A stretch of DNA of 64,000 nucleotides from Epithemia pelagica (Eukaryota > Protista > Bacillariophyta), in contig OX337230.1 in the NCBI GenBank assembly GCA_946965045.2, forward strand, positions 4,154,001 to 4,218,000, in the 5' to 3' direction. The stretch's first letter is position 1. Every line of letters begins with the position of its first letter. The translations under genes were made by a program, and so were the position numbers. The notes beneath the pieces are model-generated. The model was not told the DNA's origin. It was given only the letters and a program-made list of their open reading frames with translations, and did not search any database. Positions 22,533 to 35,969 of this stretch are shown in pieces.

Positions 22533-23032
22533 GGTTCCAAACGTTCACTGCAGAATTTATGATTCTAGTTAGTGGGCTTGCTGTGCTCTGCGGTGATGCG
22601 CGCGCTGATGCTGATGGGTGCGGACCGGAAAAGCAGCACGACTGATTGCACGAGCAATGTGGATGAGGTGGGACGGTAGGTGTCTTTCGGCCAAAGGAGT
22701 ATCTACCGACCGCTCAAAAACAGACCACAGATAGAGGGAACCTATCCGACAAAATGACGTTACTCCGTAGATGATGCGGCACAGTGCCCCATGGTCGGCC
22801 TCCCTGTATTCCATGCGGCACAACAGAGTACTCGTATCTCCGGGTGTCTTAAATATTATCCTACAGAGTCCACATAAAAGGGGGAGAGTGACTGAGGTCT
22901 TTGAGTCACGAATTGATCGAGTCGTGCTTGTGGGTGTTGATCTTTATCGACGGATGGACAGACGTTGGCCGCAGATGGTGTGATGTGGTACGTAGTGTCT
23001 GTCGGGGAGAAAAGTACTATAGAAATCCAACC

Positions 23033-25435
23033 ATGGCGTCGTTGATTGTTCCGCCCAGACGACGACCCGCCTTGTTCGGAAGACGAAGACGACGACGAGT
23101 CTGTCGTTTCGTTGTGGGTGTAGCAGCAGTACTAGGACTTGTATATCTGGACCACCAGCAATCATTCGACTTGTCGTCGGTGGTGCAGGCCTGGAGCTCT
23201 CATTCGTCTCGACCTTGGGTAATAATAAGAGGGAGACCAGGTTTGGATCCTTTCTTGCACAACACCCGAAAACGTGTCCTTGTCTGGCAACAGTTGGATT
23301 CGACCAACCCCACTCCATCCTCCTTGTCAAATGTCTCCCCCAATACTACAACGACAACGCTATCCAAAAAGGCCACACGGTTGCGTCAACAAGCCAGTGA
23401 GTGGCAAGCGCAGGCGAGGGAATTACGAGTCCAAGCACGGGCCCTGGAAACTCAATTGGACAACCACTTGCGATCAAAAACACCTCCACAAAACGCCACG
23501 TCGACAACGACAAGATCTGCAACCACACTGGTACAAACTGTGTTTGCGGCACGACCTCTCACACCCGAGGCCATTGCTCAAGCCTTGCACGTGGAACGCA
23601 TTTCTTCCGAACAAGCGCATACCCTCCTGAAACAACTCTGTCACGAATTCCTGGCACTCGATCCCAAATTGGTTCCCACCACCACCAGCAATACTATTTT
23701 TACGGCACGGATGGAACCCACCACTACTACAACTGCCAACGGGACGACGGAACAACGAGTCGAGGCGGCACTCTTGGTCGCTCGTCGCATCGAATGCTTG
23801 ATGGCTGCCGCCCAACAGTGGGATCAAACCAACCCCGAAGAACGGCCGCCTCGATGGACCAATCCTCCCGTGGCTCCCTCCTTGCAAGCTCTGCAACACC
23901 AACTTCTTCCACAACTCCACCAACAAGCACCACCACAAGGACAAGCAAGACCCTTGCGGCCAACCGTGTTGCCACCATTCAATGCCACAACCACAACGAC
24001 CACGACTACGACGACGCCCGTCGTGTTTCCGAACCGGAATACTACTACGACTTCTACGACTAGTATCGAGAGCCCCGCCGTTCTTCCACCCTGGTTGCCC
24101 TCACGGTTGATCCCCGTCTTGACGACGACGACAACGACCAACCACACTGCGACACTCTTGGCGTCGGAGGATGTCACGACCTTTCAACAACACGTCTTGA
24201 CGGAAACCAACTTTGGCTGTTTGTCGTCGGACGTGACACCCCGAGCCGCCTTGTTTCGAGGACGTCTGAAACCACGGTCCGGAGGAGAACGAGAAGGAGA
24301 AGGACCATCGGAACAAGCCTATCAAACCTTGTACGACGACTTGACGACGAGTTTGCACAAGCATGGCTTAAAGGATCGGATCCAATTCTTTTTGTTGCGA
24401 GATCCGGAACCGTCCGGACCCTACCTTGATGTTTTGGAACCTCCCGTGGTCCTGGCCCTTTCGGCCCGTGCCACGACGCCTGCAGCGGCTGCTTCCACTA
24501 CTTCTGGTCCTCGAACCAGCGGTGTTTGGAGTCACGGCGTGGCAGTCTTGATCACCCTCGGAACCTTGATTGGATACGCCGTGGCCTCGTATTCCCTCAA
24601 TCCGCACATCTTTGCCAGTCTGGTGCAACAACAGCACCAAGTGACTCGTCTCTTGTGGTCACGACGTGTCGCACCCCTGGTGGGTGGCCTTGTGGGGTTG
24701 CACGTTGTGGCCGAAGTGGTCCATTGGGTCGTGGCACATCGGTGTGGCCTGCCACTGGCCACACCGCGTCCCCTCCCCTCGATTGCCTTGGGAACCTTTG
24801 GATGTGTGACACCCCTCAAATCCTTTCCCACACGACGACACGATTTGTTGGATGTCGCTCTCTGTGGACCCCTCGTGACGGGAGTCTTGTCCCTCACCTG
24901 TTTGATGGTGGGATTGTACAAAACGGTGCACGTTCCCACAATGGCCACCCTTTGCACCTTTCCCTTTGGTTCGGTCGCCTGGCTCAAATCCAGTCTCGTG
25001 ATCGGTACCCTGGTCACGTGGATGGCACCCAAACTCTTGAGCTTGCCCCTGTCCCAACCCATTCCACTCCATCCACTCGTTCTGATTGGATATTCGGGGT
25101 GGATTTCCGCAGCCCTCCAATTGTTGCCCGTCTGTGGCGTCAAGGGCGGACGCGCGTGCGATGCCGTCCTCGGTCATCGCATGGGCGAATTTGTCTCGGC
25201 CACGACCCTCCTATTTTTATTTTCCAATAGCTTGTCTCCCGGAACCAAACCGTTCTTGTCCACGTGGTTTGTGTGGATTTTGTTGTTGCAACGCAATCCC
25301 GAAGTTCCCTGTCGCAACGAATTGACGCCCGTGGACCGGACCCGACGCCTCACCTGGATGGCGGCCCTGGTCCTTAGTCTCTTGACACTTTTGCCCTTTC
25401 CCGGATACCGACGACCGGCCTTGTACAATTTGTAA
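23033..25435 (+). CDS. EGY-like peptidase M50 family membrane protein, probably catalytically inactive
   Basis: Multi-TM C-terminal half with LGTFGCVT...DLLDVALCGPLV (EGY-type motif). The HExxH position reads VAEVVH. Thr/Gln-rich N-terminal half. ATG at 23033 chosen as the likely start. Confidence 0.7.
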   Translation: MASLIVPPRRRPALFGRRRRRRVCRFVVGVAAVLGLVYLDHQQSFDLSSVVQAWSSHSSRPWVIIRGRPGLDPFLHNTRKRVLVWQQLDSTNPTPSSLSNVSPNTTTTTLSKKATRLRQQASEWQAQARELRVQARALETQLDNHLRSKTPPQNATSTTTRSATTLVQTVFAARPLTPEAIAQALHVERISSEQAHTLLKQLCHEFLALDPKLVPTTTSNTIFTARMEPTTTTTANGTTEQRVEAALLVARRIECLMAAAQQWDQTNPEERPPRWTNPPVAPSLQALQHQLLPQLHQQAPPQGQARPLRPTVLPPFNATTTTTTTTTTPVVFPNRNTTTTSTTSIESPAVLPPWLPSRLIPVLTTTTTTNHTATLLASEDVTTFQQHVLTETNFGCLSSDVTPRAALFRGRLKPRSGGEREGEGPSEQAYQTLYDDLTTSLHKHGLKDRIQFFLLRDPEPSGPYLDVLEPPVVLALSARATTPAAAASTTSGPRTSGVWSHGVAVLITLGTLIGYAVASYSLNPHIFASLVQQQHQVTRLLWSRRVAPLVGGLVGLHVVAEVVHWVVAHRCGLPLATPRPLPSIALGTFGCVTPLKSFPTRRHDLLDVALCGPLVTGVLSLTCLMVGLYKTVHVPTMATLCTFPFGSVAWLKSSLVIGTLVTWMAPKLLSLPLSQPIPLHPLVLIGYSGWISAALQLLPVCGVKGGRACDAVLGHRMGEFVSATTLLFLFSNSLSPGTKPFLSTWFVWILLLQRNPEVPCRNELTPVDRTRRLTWMAALVLSLLTLLPFPGYRRPALYNL

Positions 25436-25816
25436 GAATAACACACGAAATCAATCAACACGAAAAACAAACCCACTCATCTCCTGTGGGTTTAGATGTC
25501 TGTGGTGCCAACGAAACCATCCTACATTCAAACTCTATAGCGAAATCACGATCCATAACTCGAGTGTTTTTTTTTTAATTTTTAGAACAAAATATAAGAA
25601 AATGTCGTCGATTGGACAAGAACACACCTATATATCTGCCTTGTCGTCGTCGTCGACCAAATCACCGTATCCTCCCTTTTGCTTTGTATATATGATACAC
25701 CCAGCCTCGTGCAGTAACCATTTCTATAACCCATGCATTTTTTTCTGTTTGTAGCTTTTTTCTCTGTTGGTATCATTCGTTTCTCGTATATATATATATC
25801 ATCATCATCATCATCA

Positions 25817-27829
25817 TCAACGAGGTCCTTCTCGAATTGGAACTGGTTCAAAGGGATTCTCATCAATGACATCCATCCCAAATCCAGTATGTTCCAACGA
25901 TTGTAACCGTGCCAACAGTTGGGAATCGTCATCTCCTGGATGATGTGGCAGGGAATTGTTGGTGTTGTTATTATTGATGTGGTTGCCATTGTTGGTGGGA
26001 GTGTTGACCGTTCCGCCATTGACCGTATTGGGATTCACCACCCCCAGGTTGCCATTGGCCGGGTTGCCCCCGCCCAGGGAACTCCCCATGGCATGGGAAG
26101 GAGAGGCATTCAAATTTCCCAGTAATTGTTGTTGTTGTTGGCGTTTGAGACCATGCGGTAGATAATGACGACCCGCTTCATGTTCTTCGTCGTCATCCTC
26201 CTCATCATGCTGTTCTCCATCATCGATTCCTCCTATTCTGGGAGGACCCACAACGACTCCGCCACCGCCATTGGGTGGTCCTACGCCGGTTGTACTATCG
26301 ACAAAGGCTGCGGCCGGACCGGTTCCCCCATGATTGCTATCGTTGAGTCCCAAATTTCCAATTTGTTGTTGGACACCGAGCAACAGACCATTTGGTCCTC
26401 CCGAATTGGCTCTCAAGACGGGTCGACGAATCATGTGATGACTGGGTGGTTGTCGCGCATAGCCACGACGCGAACCACCTTGAGGATTAATGGGCGGAGC
26501 ATCGCCAAACAAGTTGGGTTGCGAATGATGAAACCAATTTTGTTGCGAGCGGGGCGTCGCCGAAGCATGATTGGTGGGTGTGGGAATGCCGGCGGCGGTA
26601 CTACTCGAATTGGAGGCCACGGAACCGGTATCACCGCCCCGAAAACTATTGTTGTTGGTGGCATCAAAGGAATCAAAATCTTGAAATTGCGTCGATTCCA
26701 AAGAGTCGGGGAACACCATGGGGGACGGTGCCGTAGGCGGAAGTGTACTCGTGGTTTCTTCTTGAATAATCTCAATGTGGGAAATGGGGGGAGCTCCACT
26801 ACTACCACTGGCATTGGGATTATTGTGATTGCTGTGCTGCGACAGACTGTTGTTGGTCGCGCTGTTATTGGCATTAAAGGGGGACGACTGGGATGACATT
26901 TGTTGTTGTTGTTGGGAGGGAGGAGGAGCGGCAAAGAGATTGGGACACGAAGATCGATTGTAAAAGGAGGGACCATCGCCACTGGTTGGTTGCGTCATGA
27001 CGGATCGTCGATTGGTATCAAAATCCAAAACGGCCCGCAAGGATCGCTGTCTCGTATATTGTTGTCGCGGTCGTCCGTAATTGGCAATGTCTTGGCCCAA
27101 TCCACCCAACAAATCGTCATGGGGACCGCCGGCTCCCACCAAACCATCGTCGTCTTCGGCATTCTCGCTGCCACCCGCACCCAAATTCAAAATACTATCG
27201 GACCGTTCCAATTGCCCCATACCCATGCGCATGAGTTTGGAATCACTCAACATGTAATCGCCCGTTTGGGACGATCCGACACTGTGAACGGAACTGGCAT
27301 CCAAGGAATTGGCCCCCAAACTGCGATTGGAATGAGCGCGGACTAATTTTTCCGCCTGTTCTTCCTGACGGCGCTTTTTCTTGGCCGTGTTGCTCGACTT
27401 GTACTTGTCGTGCAAGACATCGCGAAAGGCTTGCGAGGTTTTTTCGCGGGCCAAAAAGTCTCCCACCTCGTACCACCGGCCGGTATTCGGATCCTTTTTG
27501 ATAAAACCACCCTGTCCACTATTCTTTCGCACTTGCTCTACCACATCGGACAAGATATAACTCTTTTCCAGTTTGGCAATGGCCTTGTTGTATTGCGGCA
27601 AAAAGCTTTGGACAATGGCCCGAAACTTGACATTGCCGGCATGATTGAAGCATTTGCGGCCCCGTCCGCAAAGGACATCGTGATCACCGGGTTTGTAGCC
27701 TTCGGGCAAGAATCGCATGGTATGCGCCGAATCATCCTTGGCGGACGAATTCTTTTCACACGCTTGCATGGCATCCACGACCGAAGGTCGGACACCACCG
27801 TCACCGGCCAGATCGGCACTCCGGATCAT
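25817..27829 (-). CDS. DUF6824-domain protein (diatom-expanded family) with long low-complexity tail
   Basis: DVLCGRGRKCFNHAGNVKFR...GGFIKKD...WYEVGDFLAREKTSQAFRD; likely start MIRSADL at 27829. Confidence 0.85.
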   Translation of the reverse strand: MIRSADLAGDGGVRPSVVDAMQACEKNSSAKDDSAHTMRFLPEGYKPGDHDVLCGRGRKCFNHAGNVKFRAIVQSFLPQYNKAIAKLEKSYILSDVVEQVRKNSGQGGFIKKDPNTGRWYEVGDFLAREKTSQAFRDVLHDKYKSSNTAKKKRRQEEQAEKLVRAHSNRSLGANSLDASSVHSVGSSQTGDYMLSDSKLMRMGMGQLERSDSILNLGAGGSENAEDDDGLVGAGGPHDDLLGGLGQDIANYGRPRQQYTRQRSLRAVLDFDTNRRSVMTQPTSGDGPSFYNRSSCPNLFAAPPPSQQQQQMSSQSSPFNANNSATNNSLSQHSNHNNPNASGSSGAPPISHIEIIQEETTSTLPPTAPSPMVFPDSLESTQFQDFDSFDATNNNSFRGGDTGSVASNSSSTAAGIPTPTNHASATPRSQQNWFHHSQPNLFGDAPPINPQGGSRRGYARQPPSHHMIRRPVLRANSGGPNGLLLGVQQQIGNLGLNDSNHGGTGPAAAFVDSTTGVGPPNGGGGVVVGPPRIGGIDDGEQHDEEDDDEEHEAGRHYLPHGLKRQQQQQLLGNLNASPSHAMGSSLGGGNPANGNLGVVNPNTVNGGTVNTPTNNGNHINNNNTNNSLPHHPGDDDSQLLARLQSLEHTGFGMDVIDENPFEPVPIREGPR

Positions 27830-29959
27830 GGTCCGATGGTGGTGGTCGTCACTAATAATGCTACTACTACCAACACTCGTCCGATGGGTGGTTGGAATGG
27901 GCGGAGGCAGTTGTGGAGGATGCGCGGATGCCGGAGCGGTGATGGTTGTTGCTTTGTTGGTGGGCGACAGCTTGACGTGTTGTTGTGAATCCTTTTTCCA
28001 GAGGAGAAACGAGACCAAGAATTGCGTTGGTTTGCAATGGATGCTGTAGAGAGAGTAGTAATAGCTCCCCCCACAAACCAAAAAAGAGAGAACCACAACA
28101 AATCAATCCTCCGAACAAAACCCAAAGAGGTTTCAACACACTCCACAACGAACGGAGTTGTGGCCAAAAGGGATCGCAACGAGCACTGAATGTGTTTTCG
28201 GGTTCCTTCTTGCAAGAAAGAGGTGCATGCACCTCCTCGAGCGCTCTGGAAGAAGTGGTAGAGAGGGGAGAGTAGGTAGTTCCAACCAAGGACCACACAG
28301 GTGCGCAACTGGACTTGTTGGTTCTTCGTTCCTTCCAAGAGGGCCGATGGATTTGTTGCACTAAAGCTGGTGGATCTCGATTCCGTTCAACCGACGAGAG
28401 AAAAGAGGGCCAGATGACGAGATAAAGATGTGGATATGGATGGAACACTGGAATCAATCGATTTAATGGCACTTGGTTCCACTCTCAATGCCTCTATCTC
28501 TCTCTGCCAACAAGTGTGAATCCACAAGACACCTGCAGCGTGGAGCGAATAAAGTGTTTCGACGTCTTGGTGAACACGCTCTGCCTCAAACTCACACTCG
28601 TGTTTGCGCAAACGCAAAGCGACCAAAAGAACTTTCCCAACAGGCGTGTGTTGCTGCTTGCTGCCACCAAAGAGTCTTCTCTCTCTCCCCACTGACTGTG
28701 CCAAAACCAGAACCGGAAACAAGTACTCCTTATCAGTCAGAATGTATAGCTGGAACGAAGGGCAGAACCAGAAAAATTAGAATCGACACCTCTTCCAAGT
28801 CGTGGTTTGTACTGAGCGCTAAGGCTTACTATCGAAGAGCGCGTGCGGTCCACTCGATCAATGGATCATAGAGCTCTTAGAGGAAATAATAGAGGGGGAT
28901 TCGCACTAAGATATCTACTAAGGAGTACTTATTAGTTATTAGATATTAGATACTAGGTACTCAACGGCTCTCTTGATACTTATTGCTTTGCATGCAGAAT
29001 ACAGAATACAATGTCCGGCTGGCGTCAGTGGGCCGAAAGCCGTAACCAGTATAGCTAATAGAGCATGACAGATGGTCATTCAAAAACACCCCTCTAGCTA
29101 GCTTCTGAAACTTCTAGCGGTATCATAAATAAGACTGGTCTGTTCAAACGGAAGGATTTTTCAAAAATCCTTCTCTCGAGATATCGCGCTCCAAAGTTTT
29201 ATGGTTGCGCGCGGCTCGTACCCCTAAGGTCATTCACACGCGAGACTCACGTAGTCTTCTTACACCTGTGCCACACAAACCCCATTAGGGTTTTCAGTAC
29301 TAGACTTTCGTTGGGCAAACTTTAACCAAATATTCAACGATGTATATCTAAATTTCGCAAGACATATACAGGCTCAATCGAAAGAGCGCTGAAAGACGAT
29401 TCGATCTATGGGCTTATCTCAAATCCGACACATACAATTTGATCCTCCCCTTTGAACAGACCAGTCTTAAATCATAATGATTCCAATTATCCACAATTAT
29501 TCAAGAATTCTTGATCAAACCGCTCAAAATTCTCTTTGAGAAACAACCTCGCGATATAGATTCATATTTAAAAGAGCACTCAATACAAAACATGACTTTC
29601 TGATCGATTGGTATTATTGGCTGGATCTTCGTGGGATTTTGTATTATTTTGACGATGTGTGTTCAATAGTAGTTTATCTATGATATATGATACTTATTTG
29701 GGACTGGCTACTGGATCTTCGTGGGATTTTCTAAGAAAGGCGAAGGGAAGATCTCACTTTATCATCTCTTAACATAGCTAGGACTTCTTGTATGATCGAT
29801 AGGCTGCGCATAGAAAGCATAGTCTAGGCATAGTCCCTACAAGTGAAGACGACGGGAAGAGGAATCGGTCTACCTACTCCTACCTAGAAATGCTCTTTGT
29901 CTTTGGAAGCAGGCCTTGGAGTTCTCGAAGCTCTCGGTCACAGACTGTTCCCTCGATGG

Positions 29960-32900
29960 TTAGAAACCAGCCAGTTTGTACAGACCAATAAAGCTATCGG
30001 TCGCTCCGGCTGCCATGAGGGGTTTGTATTTGTGAAAGGCCAGACAACTCACGGGTCCAATGCGATGATGTGAGGAGGATCCTCCCACTTCGTGATTGCG
30101 AATGGCCTGGACCGTTTCTCCATCCGGAGTCAAGAGTTTGATAAATTGCGCTCCCGACCCCGTGGCAATCATGGGCACTTGGTCATGGACGGCCATGGTC
30201 GTCATGACACTGCGTTGGGCTTCAATGGTCCGAAGACTCGACACCATGCGCAAATCCCATGCCTTGATGGTACCTTCTGTCGTACCACTCACCAATTCGT
30301 ACTGACCTCCGTAATAGGCCGCAAACGAGGTGGATACCACCCACGCCTTGTGTTCAGCAAAACTCTGCAATCGTAACCGTCGTGTTTTGGTGGACGTGCT
30401 GCTGGCCGCACTTCGACTTTGAACCGTACGATGCGAACGAAGATCAAACAACTTGATGGTCCCATTGCTCATGCCCGCCACAAAAATGTCTCGTCCCAAT
30501 CCCTTGTGGGGCGATGGTCCGACCCCCAGAGAGTCATAATCCCAGGCTGTCGTCAGTGTCGTGACACAGGCTTCCGCACCCACTTCGGTAGGAATTTCCG
30601 CCACTTCTTTTTCCGCCTCCAAATCCCAACACGTTATGGTGGGACCGTTTCCTCCCGCCAACAGAAAGCCACTAAAGTTTTGGTACTCGCAGACAATGCC
30701 ACTTTTTCGTTGTTGACCCGGTGTCTTTTTGCAGGCATGAAAGGAAGAGACCAGTGTCGGACTAATCGAGTGTTGTGGTTGTTGTGACTGGTCGACCAGT
30801 CCGCCCCACAATCGAACCGTCCCATCGTCGCAACCCACAAGAAACAAACTCGAAGAGGCCTCGTTGATCCATGTCGATGTCGTCATTCGTGTCGATTTGA
30901 GGTTCTTGTTGGAGAACTCGAGGACTTTTTCACCCGTGTTGGTATTCCACAGTAGAATTCGGTTGGCTTCACAACACGCCACAACGTAGTCCTCTAACGA
31001 ATGGAAATTGATAATGGACGTATGATTCAAGTCCGTACGAAGAAGACTTTGTTCTTTGAATTTGAGTTCTTGCCGTCTCTTGGTAACTTCCTCGGCAACC
31101 TCTACATCATCGTCTTCTTCCAACATCATTTCAAAACTCTTCTTGGCCGGTTTGGGAGGTTTGGGAATGAGCGGAGCAAAGTGCCGCGCCAACTCCGTAC
31201 TCTTTTTTCGTATGGCCCGATCTCGAGCTTCTCGGTAGGCCCGAGCAGCTCCCAGTGGACTGAGAGGATCCCAATTGGCATCTTCCGTCTCGGGGACTCG
31301 GAAATTGACATCAAACGACTCTTTTTTCCAGCGATAAAAGGAGGATTCTGGAAGACGATAATTGGTTTCCTCCTCATTGTTGTTGTTTGTGGGTGGATGG
31401 ATCGCCGGCGTGGCAACATCAGCGGCCGCTGCCTGTTCCAAGGACGAATTTCCCGAAACAATCTCGGATGCTACCCGCCGCAATTCCGTTTCCTCTCGTA
31501 GGTGAGGGGTGGAATCGACGCGATGTCCCAGCCGGCTCGGATACCCTGTTTCATCTGCATGATGGCCCTCCTCTTCAATACCCACAAGACTACTCTTGAG
31601 AGCCGAGTTGGAACGAAAGTCTTGCTTGTTGCTGTCCTTAGTATTTTTGTCTTGCACGTCCGCACGAATCTTGAGTTTGAGAACGACTTCATGAACCACA
31701 CTGACAATTTCATTGGCAGCCTGTGCCACTTTGGGAAAGGGATCTTCGTGTTGGACGGATCGCAACACCTTCCAGGTAGCACGGAATCGCTCCAAGGACC
31801 GTCGTTCCAGTCCGCGCGGCATGGTCTTGGTATTGTGATGGTCCTTGAGTCCCGCCGAAGCCACCACGACAAAGGCATCGAGATATTTTTCCACGGCACG
31901 GGCCAGAGCCACGACACTTTCGTATCGTACCACCACACTGGCATCCAGAGCCATGCGAGACAAGTGTTCCATGGCTTGACAATCCACCGTTAGGCGTTGC
32001 TGGTCTTCAAAGACGGACGGTGGCACATGCCTGGAGGATTCGGTGGTGGTGGGTCGTATCAAGGGTTGGCCCTGTGGGGTCATGGGTGTTCCGCCAATGA
32101 GAAATCCCGACGGATTCGCCGTCATGTTTGCCTGTACTGGCATTGTGGGGAGAGCTTGACCATGTACCACGTATTGTGGATGAATCATGGGCTGCTGATG
32201 ATGCATGGGCATGGCTTGACCCAATAGCTGTGTACCCGGTTGTGAGAATTGTAGTGGCAATTGCTGTCCTTGTTGAAACTGCAGTGGTTGTGGTGCCAAC
32301 CCCTGCGTCGTAGTAGTGTTCCAATTCAAGTTGGGAAGGACCGTGGGTGTTGTCGAGAATTGTGGTTGCAAGGGGGCAGCAGAAGAGAGGACCGAAGTTG
32401 GACCAGATTGTACCATGAGTGATCCAGGACTAAATTGGGGAACAACCGCTGGAGGGACCATGGTAGGACCGGTCGGTGTGGTTGACATGGATGGAGTGGT
32501 AGCATTGGAACCATCCGTGCTAGGTGTCTTGCTGTTGTTGTTGTTGTTGTCCTTGGACCCAATTAGACATCCCAGCGCATAACAAACGGCGGCACGGACT
32601 TGAACGTTGCGGTCCTTGCTGCGAGCAAACAAATGCGTGTGAACACCGGCATTGGCGGCTTCACTTTGTGCTTGGGCATTGTCTTTGGTCATGTTGGCAA
32701 TGCACAGACAGAGCCAGAGTCGAAAATGGGCGGGCAAATGCAAATCGGCCGCATCGTCGGGCGCGTCGCCTTCGGAACTTTCGTAGGAGGACAAGAGTGC
32801 ACAACAATTGCCATGGACATTGAGACGAGCGCATTCAGTTTGACCGGCGGGATAATCGTGACAGGCGGCGGCCAAGACAAAGGCCGCCATGGTCCGTTCC

Positions 32901-35634
32901 TTGGCGACCGCGGCCACCTCCACAACGGGTCCATTCAAACCCCAAATCAAGTGTTGGACAAAGTGATGAAAGGCACCCTCCCGCAACAAGTCCACGCGAC
33001 AGGAAGGATCAAAACTGAGTATCGAGGCCCAAATATTGACCAACAAACTCTTGTATTCGGGAGACTGCAACATTTTCATGACATAGGGGAAAATGCCCAG
33101 ACTCAGCGACAAATTGACGGCCCAATGACCCAAATCCAAAAATCGTCGCAGCAATTCCAAGGCTCGCACTCGCAGGACCGGGCTCAGCAAGACTTGCAGG
33201 ACGACGGGAAGTTGTTCCGGTGGTTCCAGGTCCCCTCGTGCCAATCGTTGTTTGTGGATTTCGGAAAAGCCCAACCATACTTCAAAGGCGGTGAGTTGCT
33301 CACTGAAAAAGGGCGATGACACACTGGTAGTTTGAGGCGCAATGACGCGAGGCGGTCCCGACTCGGCGGCCGAAGGATCGGACTGCGACGACGACTCGTC
33401 TCTGGTCGTCGTTGGACTGGTGGTTCCAGTGTTGTTGCTGCGACTCGTTTTGGTGGGCAAGAGGCCATCGGAAATGAGTTGAAAGAGCATGGTTTCACAG
33501 GCCAAATCCCAGGCTTCCCAAAGAGCGTGTTGGGCCATGCCCGATGGCAATGGAGGATGCGACACGGGTGTACAACCGAGGGATTGCAAAATGCGGTCGG
33601 CCAACAAAAAGTTGCGAAACATGCTGGCCACCAACAAATCTTGTCGAAACAAGCGATGAAACAAGGCCTTGGGCAAGACATTCCAGGCAATCGAATCGGT
33701 CACGGCGGTAAAAATCCAATTGAGTTCGCCCAATGGCGTTTTGCGATCATTGGCCTTGCCGGGGATGGAATCCAACGTCTTGGGGTCCACGACGGAGGAC
33801 ATGGAGGGACTGCGCAAGACAAACCACAACAAGGCAATCCGAATCGGTGTCGTCAAGCAAGACGTAAAGACATCGGCAGGATATTCGGGAGTCATGGGAA
33901 TCCATTCCTGTTCGGAACAGGCACACAAGACAATGGTTTCACGGACCCATTGACTGCTTTGTTCCTCCATATCAATCGATCCATCCGGCAAGAGGGGAGG
34001 AGTGGTGGTCAGTGTGGGGGGAGTATTAGTGGTCGTCGCTGTTGTATCCGACAGGGGACAGGTCCAAAAGGGCACGAGAATGCCAGCCGCCGAACAATCC
34101 AACACGACAATACTGGGGACACCCAACCATTGTCGCAAATCGGCCACGGCCAAGGGAATGTATTCCCGATGTTTCTTGTCAAACACCCAGACTTCTCCAT
34201 TGGCGGTCGGTCGTGGCACACCATGACCATTGTAATGCAATAACAATCGTCTGTTCCGTATACCACAACAGCAAATAGTTTGCAAAGCATCTTGTCATGT
34301 TAGATCTTGATCCTCAGATCCATTTCTCACTTCAATTCTCCGTCCTGCACACATGTATGTATCTGTATAATATACATTATTCAATTCTCGTTGGCTTTTT
34401 GCTCACACGTACTCGGTTTTGGCTTGTCGTCGCAAGGACAGGCAGAGTTCTCGCACATCTTCGACGGTGGGATCCAAGGCCTTTTTGTATTTGAGAGGAC
34501 GTCCCGTTCGGGCCAATTGCCATTTGGCATATTGTTGTTCCAATCGTTCCACAATCAATCCCTTGGCCGCCGATCGTGAAATGGTACGAGGATCGGTCCA
34601 ACATTGCAAGACGGCACAGGGATGAGGTTTGGTCACATCGGGTGGATCTATCATAGAATCGAATATATAGAAACCCAAACCAACCAACAAACCAAAGCAA
34701 CAAGGTTGAGAGAGAATTCAACAAGGAACCAATAGCAAGCACAACACGAAACCGAATCGACACTGCGAGCCACAACACACGGCTCTTTTGGAACGAAATG
34801 AGAATAGCACCCTCTGTTGTTCCACAGAACAAACCGCAGGCCTACGCTATATACTATTACGTACCGGTTCCAGGATTGAGGGCCATGACCAATCCCACAC
34901 CGACCGTTCTCATGCGATCCTTGAGTCTCCAATCGGGTTTGATCATCGAACTAGCAGTCGTAGTATTTGTGGAATCCTCCTCCTTGTTGCGAGTGGAATC
35001 CCGCTGGTGTCCCTGTGTGGCCGCGGCTTGTGTTGGTTCACTGATTGCGCCGCCGGGTGATGAAGAATGGGAGTTCCAACGGGCAGTGCTGGTGGTTGTG
35101 CTGCCAGTGGTGGTGTTGGTCGTCATCGGTTCCGTCCAGGCCGCTGCTGTGGCATCGGCCGCTGGACCCAAAAACAAGGACGAGGCCGCACTCGAATGTC
35201 GTTGATGCTGTTGTGTTGGTGGTTGGGGCATGCCAAACAATGATCCGACTCGTGTCACAACACCTCCTGCCGCCGTATCGGCTTCATTTTGGACGAAGCT
35301 TGTTGTTGTCGTCGGATTGCCTTGTAATAAATTGCCATGAGATGCATTTCGCAATGGCTTATTTTGGGGGTGCAAAATGTGGCGTCGTCCACCCACATGA
35401 CTCGAAGGATCTTGGTAGTGTTGTGGTTGTTGCTGCCGTACCTCGGATGGTTGCAAGTAGGGAGCTCGGGTTCGTTCCAGATAAAATTCCTTCAAGACCA
35501 TGTGTGTGGACTACTTCTACTTCTCTCGAGATGTGTGTGTGTACAATCAAATCCAAAAAGTCTATTGCTCGGATGCTATCTAGGTAATAGGAATGCCGCA
35601 GATTCTGTGATGGCGGATTCTCGTCGTCGGCCAT
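29960..35634 (-). CDS. RPTOR: Raptor (TORC1 subunit), multi-exon; N-terminal start uncertain
   Basis: WRLKDRMRTVGVGLVMALN, DPPD...CAVLQCW, LLLHYNGHGVP, HEAT/ARM region (EQLPVVLQVLLS) and WD40 C-terminus. GT-AG introns at 34648-34864 and 34251-34412 restore the frame. Confidence 0.93.
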
Positions 35635-35969
35635 GGTTCGCTACGAATCGCGACTGGATCCATCGGATCATCCAATCATCAGTCGCCGTTTGATTCTTTG
35701 GATAGTTAGCAAACTTTAGCAAAGCTACCCCAGTCTTTGGGACATGGTATTACAAGAAGAGACGAAACAAAGTCAAGTGTATTGTGCCAATAGGAAAGAG
35801 GTGACATAAGCATCAAACAGGGAAATTCCCTGGTGGTTCCATTACACTACATCTATACTGTGCAGGGAACAAAGAGAGAGAGTGTGTGTGTTTTGAAGGA
35901 TCCATCAAAACAACAGTGAAATGAGGTGAAAACACTAATTGGTACGCGTCGTTCGAAACCGCGCACTGT

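Noticed and set aside
28870-29950. ORF-free, TAG/CTA-rich intergenic stretch (similar at 53580-54560)
   Set aside because: No repeats, termini or coding remnants could be identified by eye; possibly just promoter or decayed DNA.
26165-33319. Long antisense ORFs over the DUF6824 and Raptor genes (and over annexin and HSF)
   Set aside because: Shadow frames of GC-balanced coding sequence with no recognisable domains.
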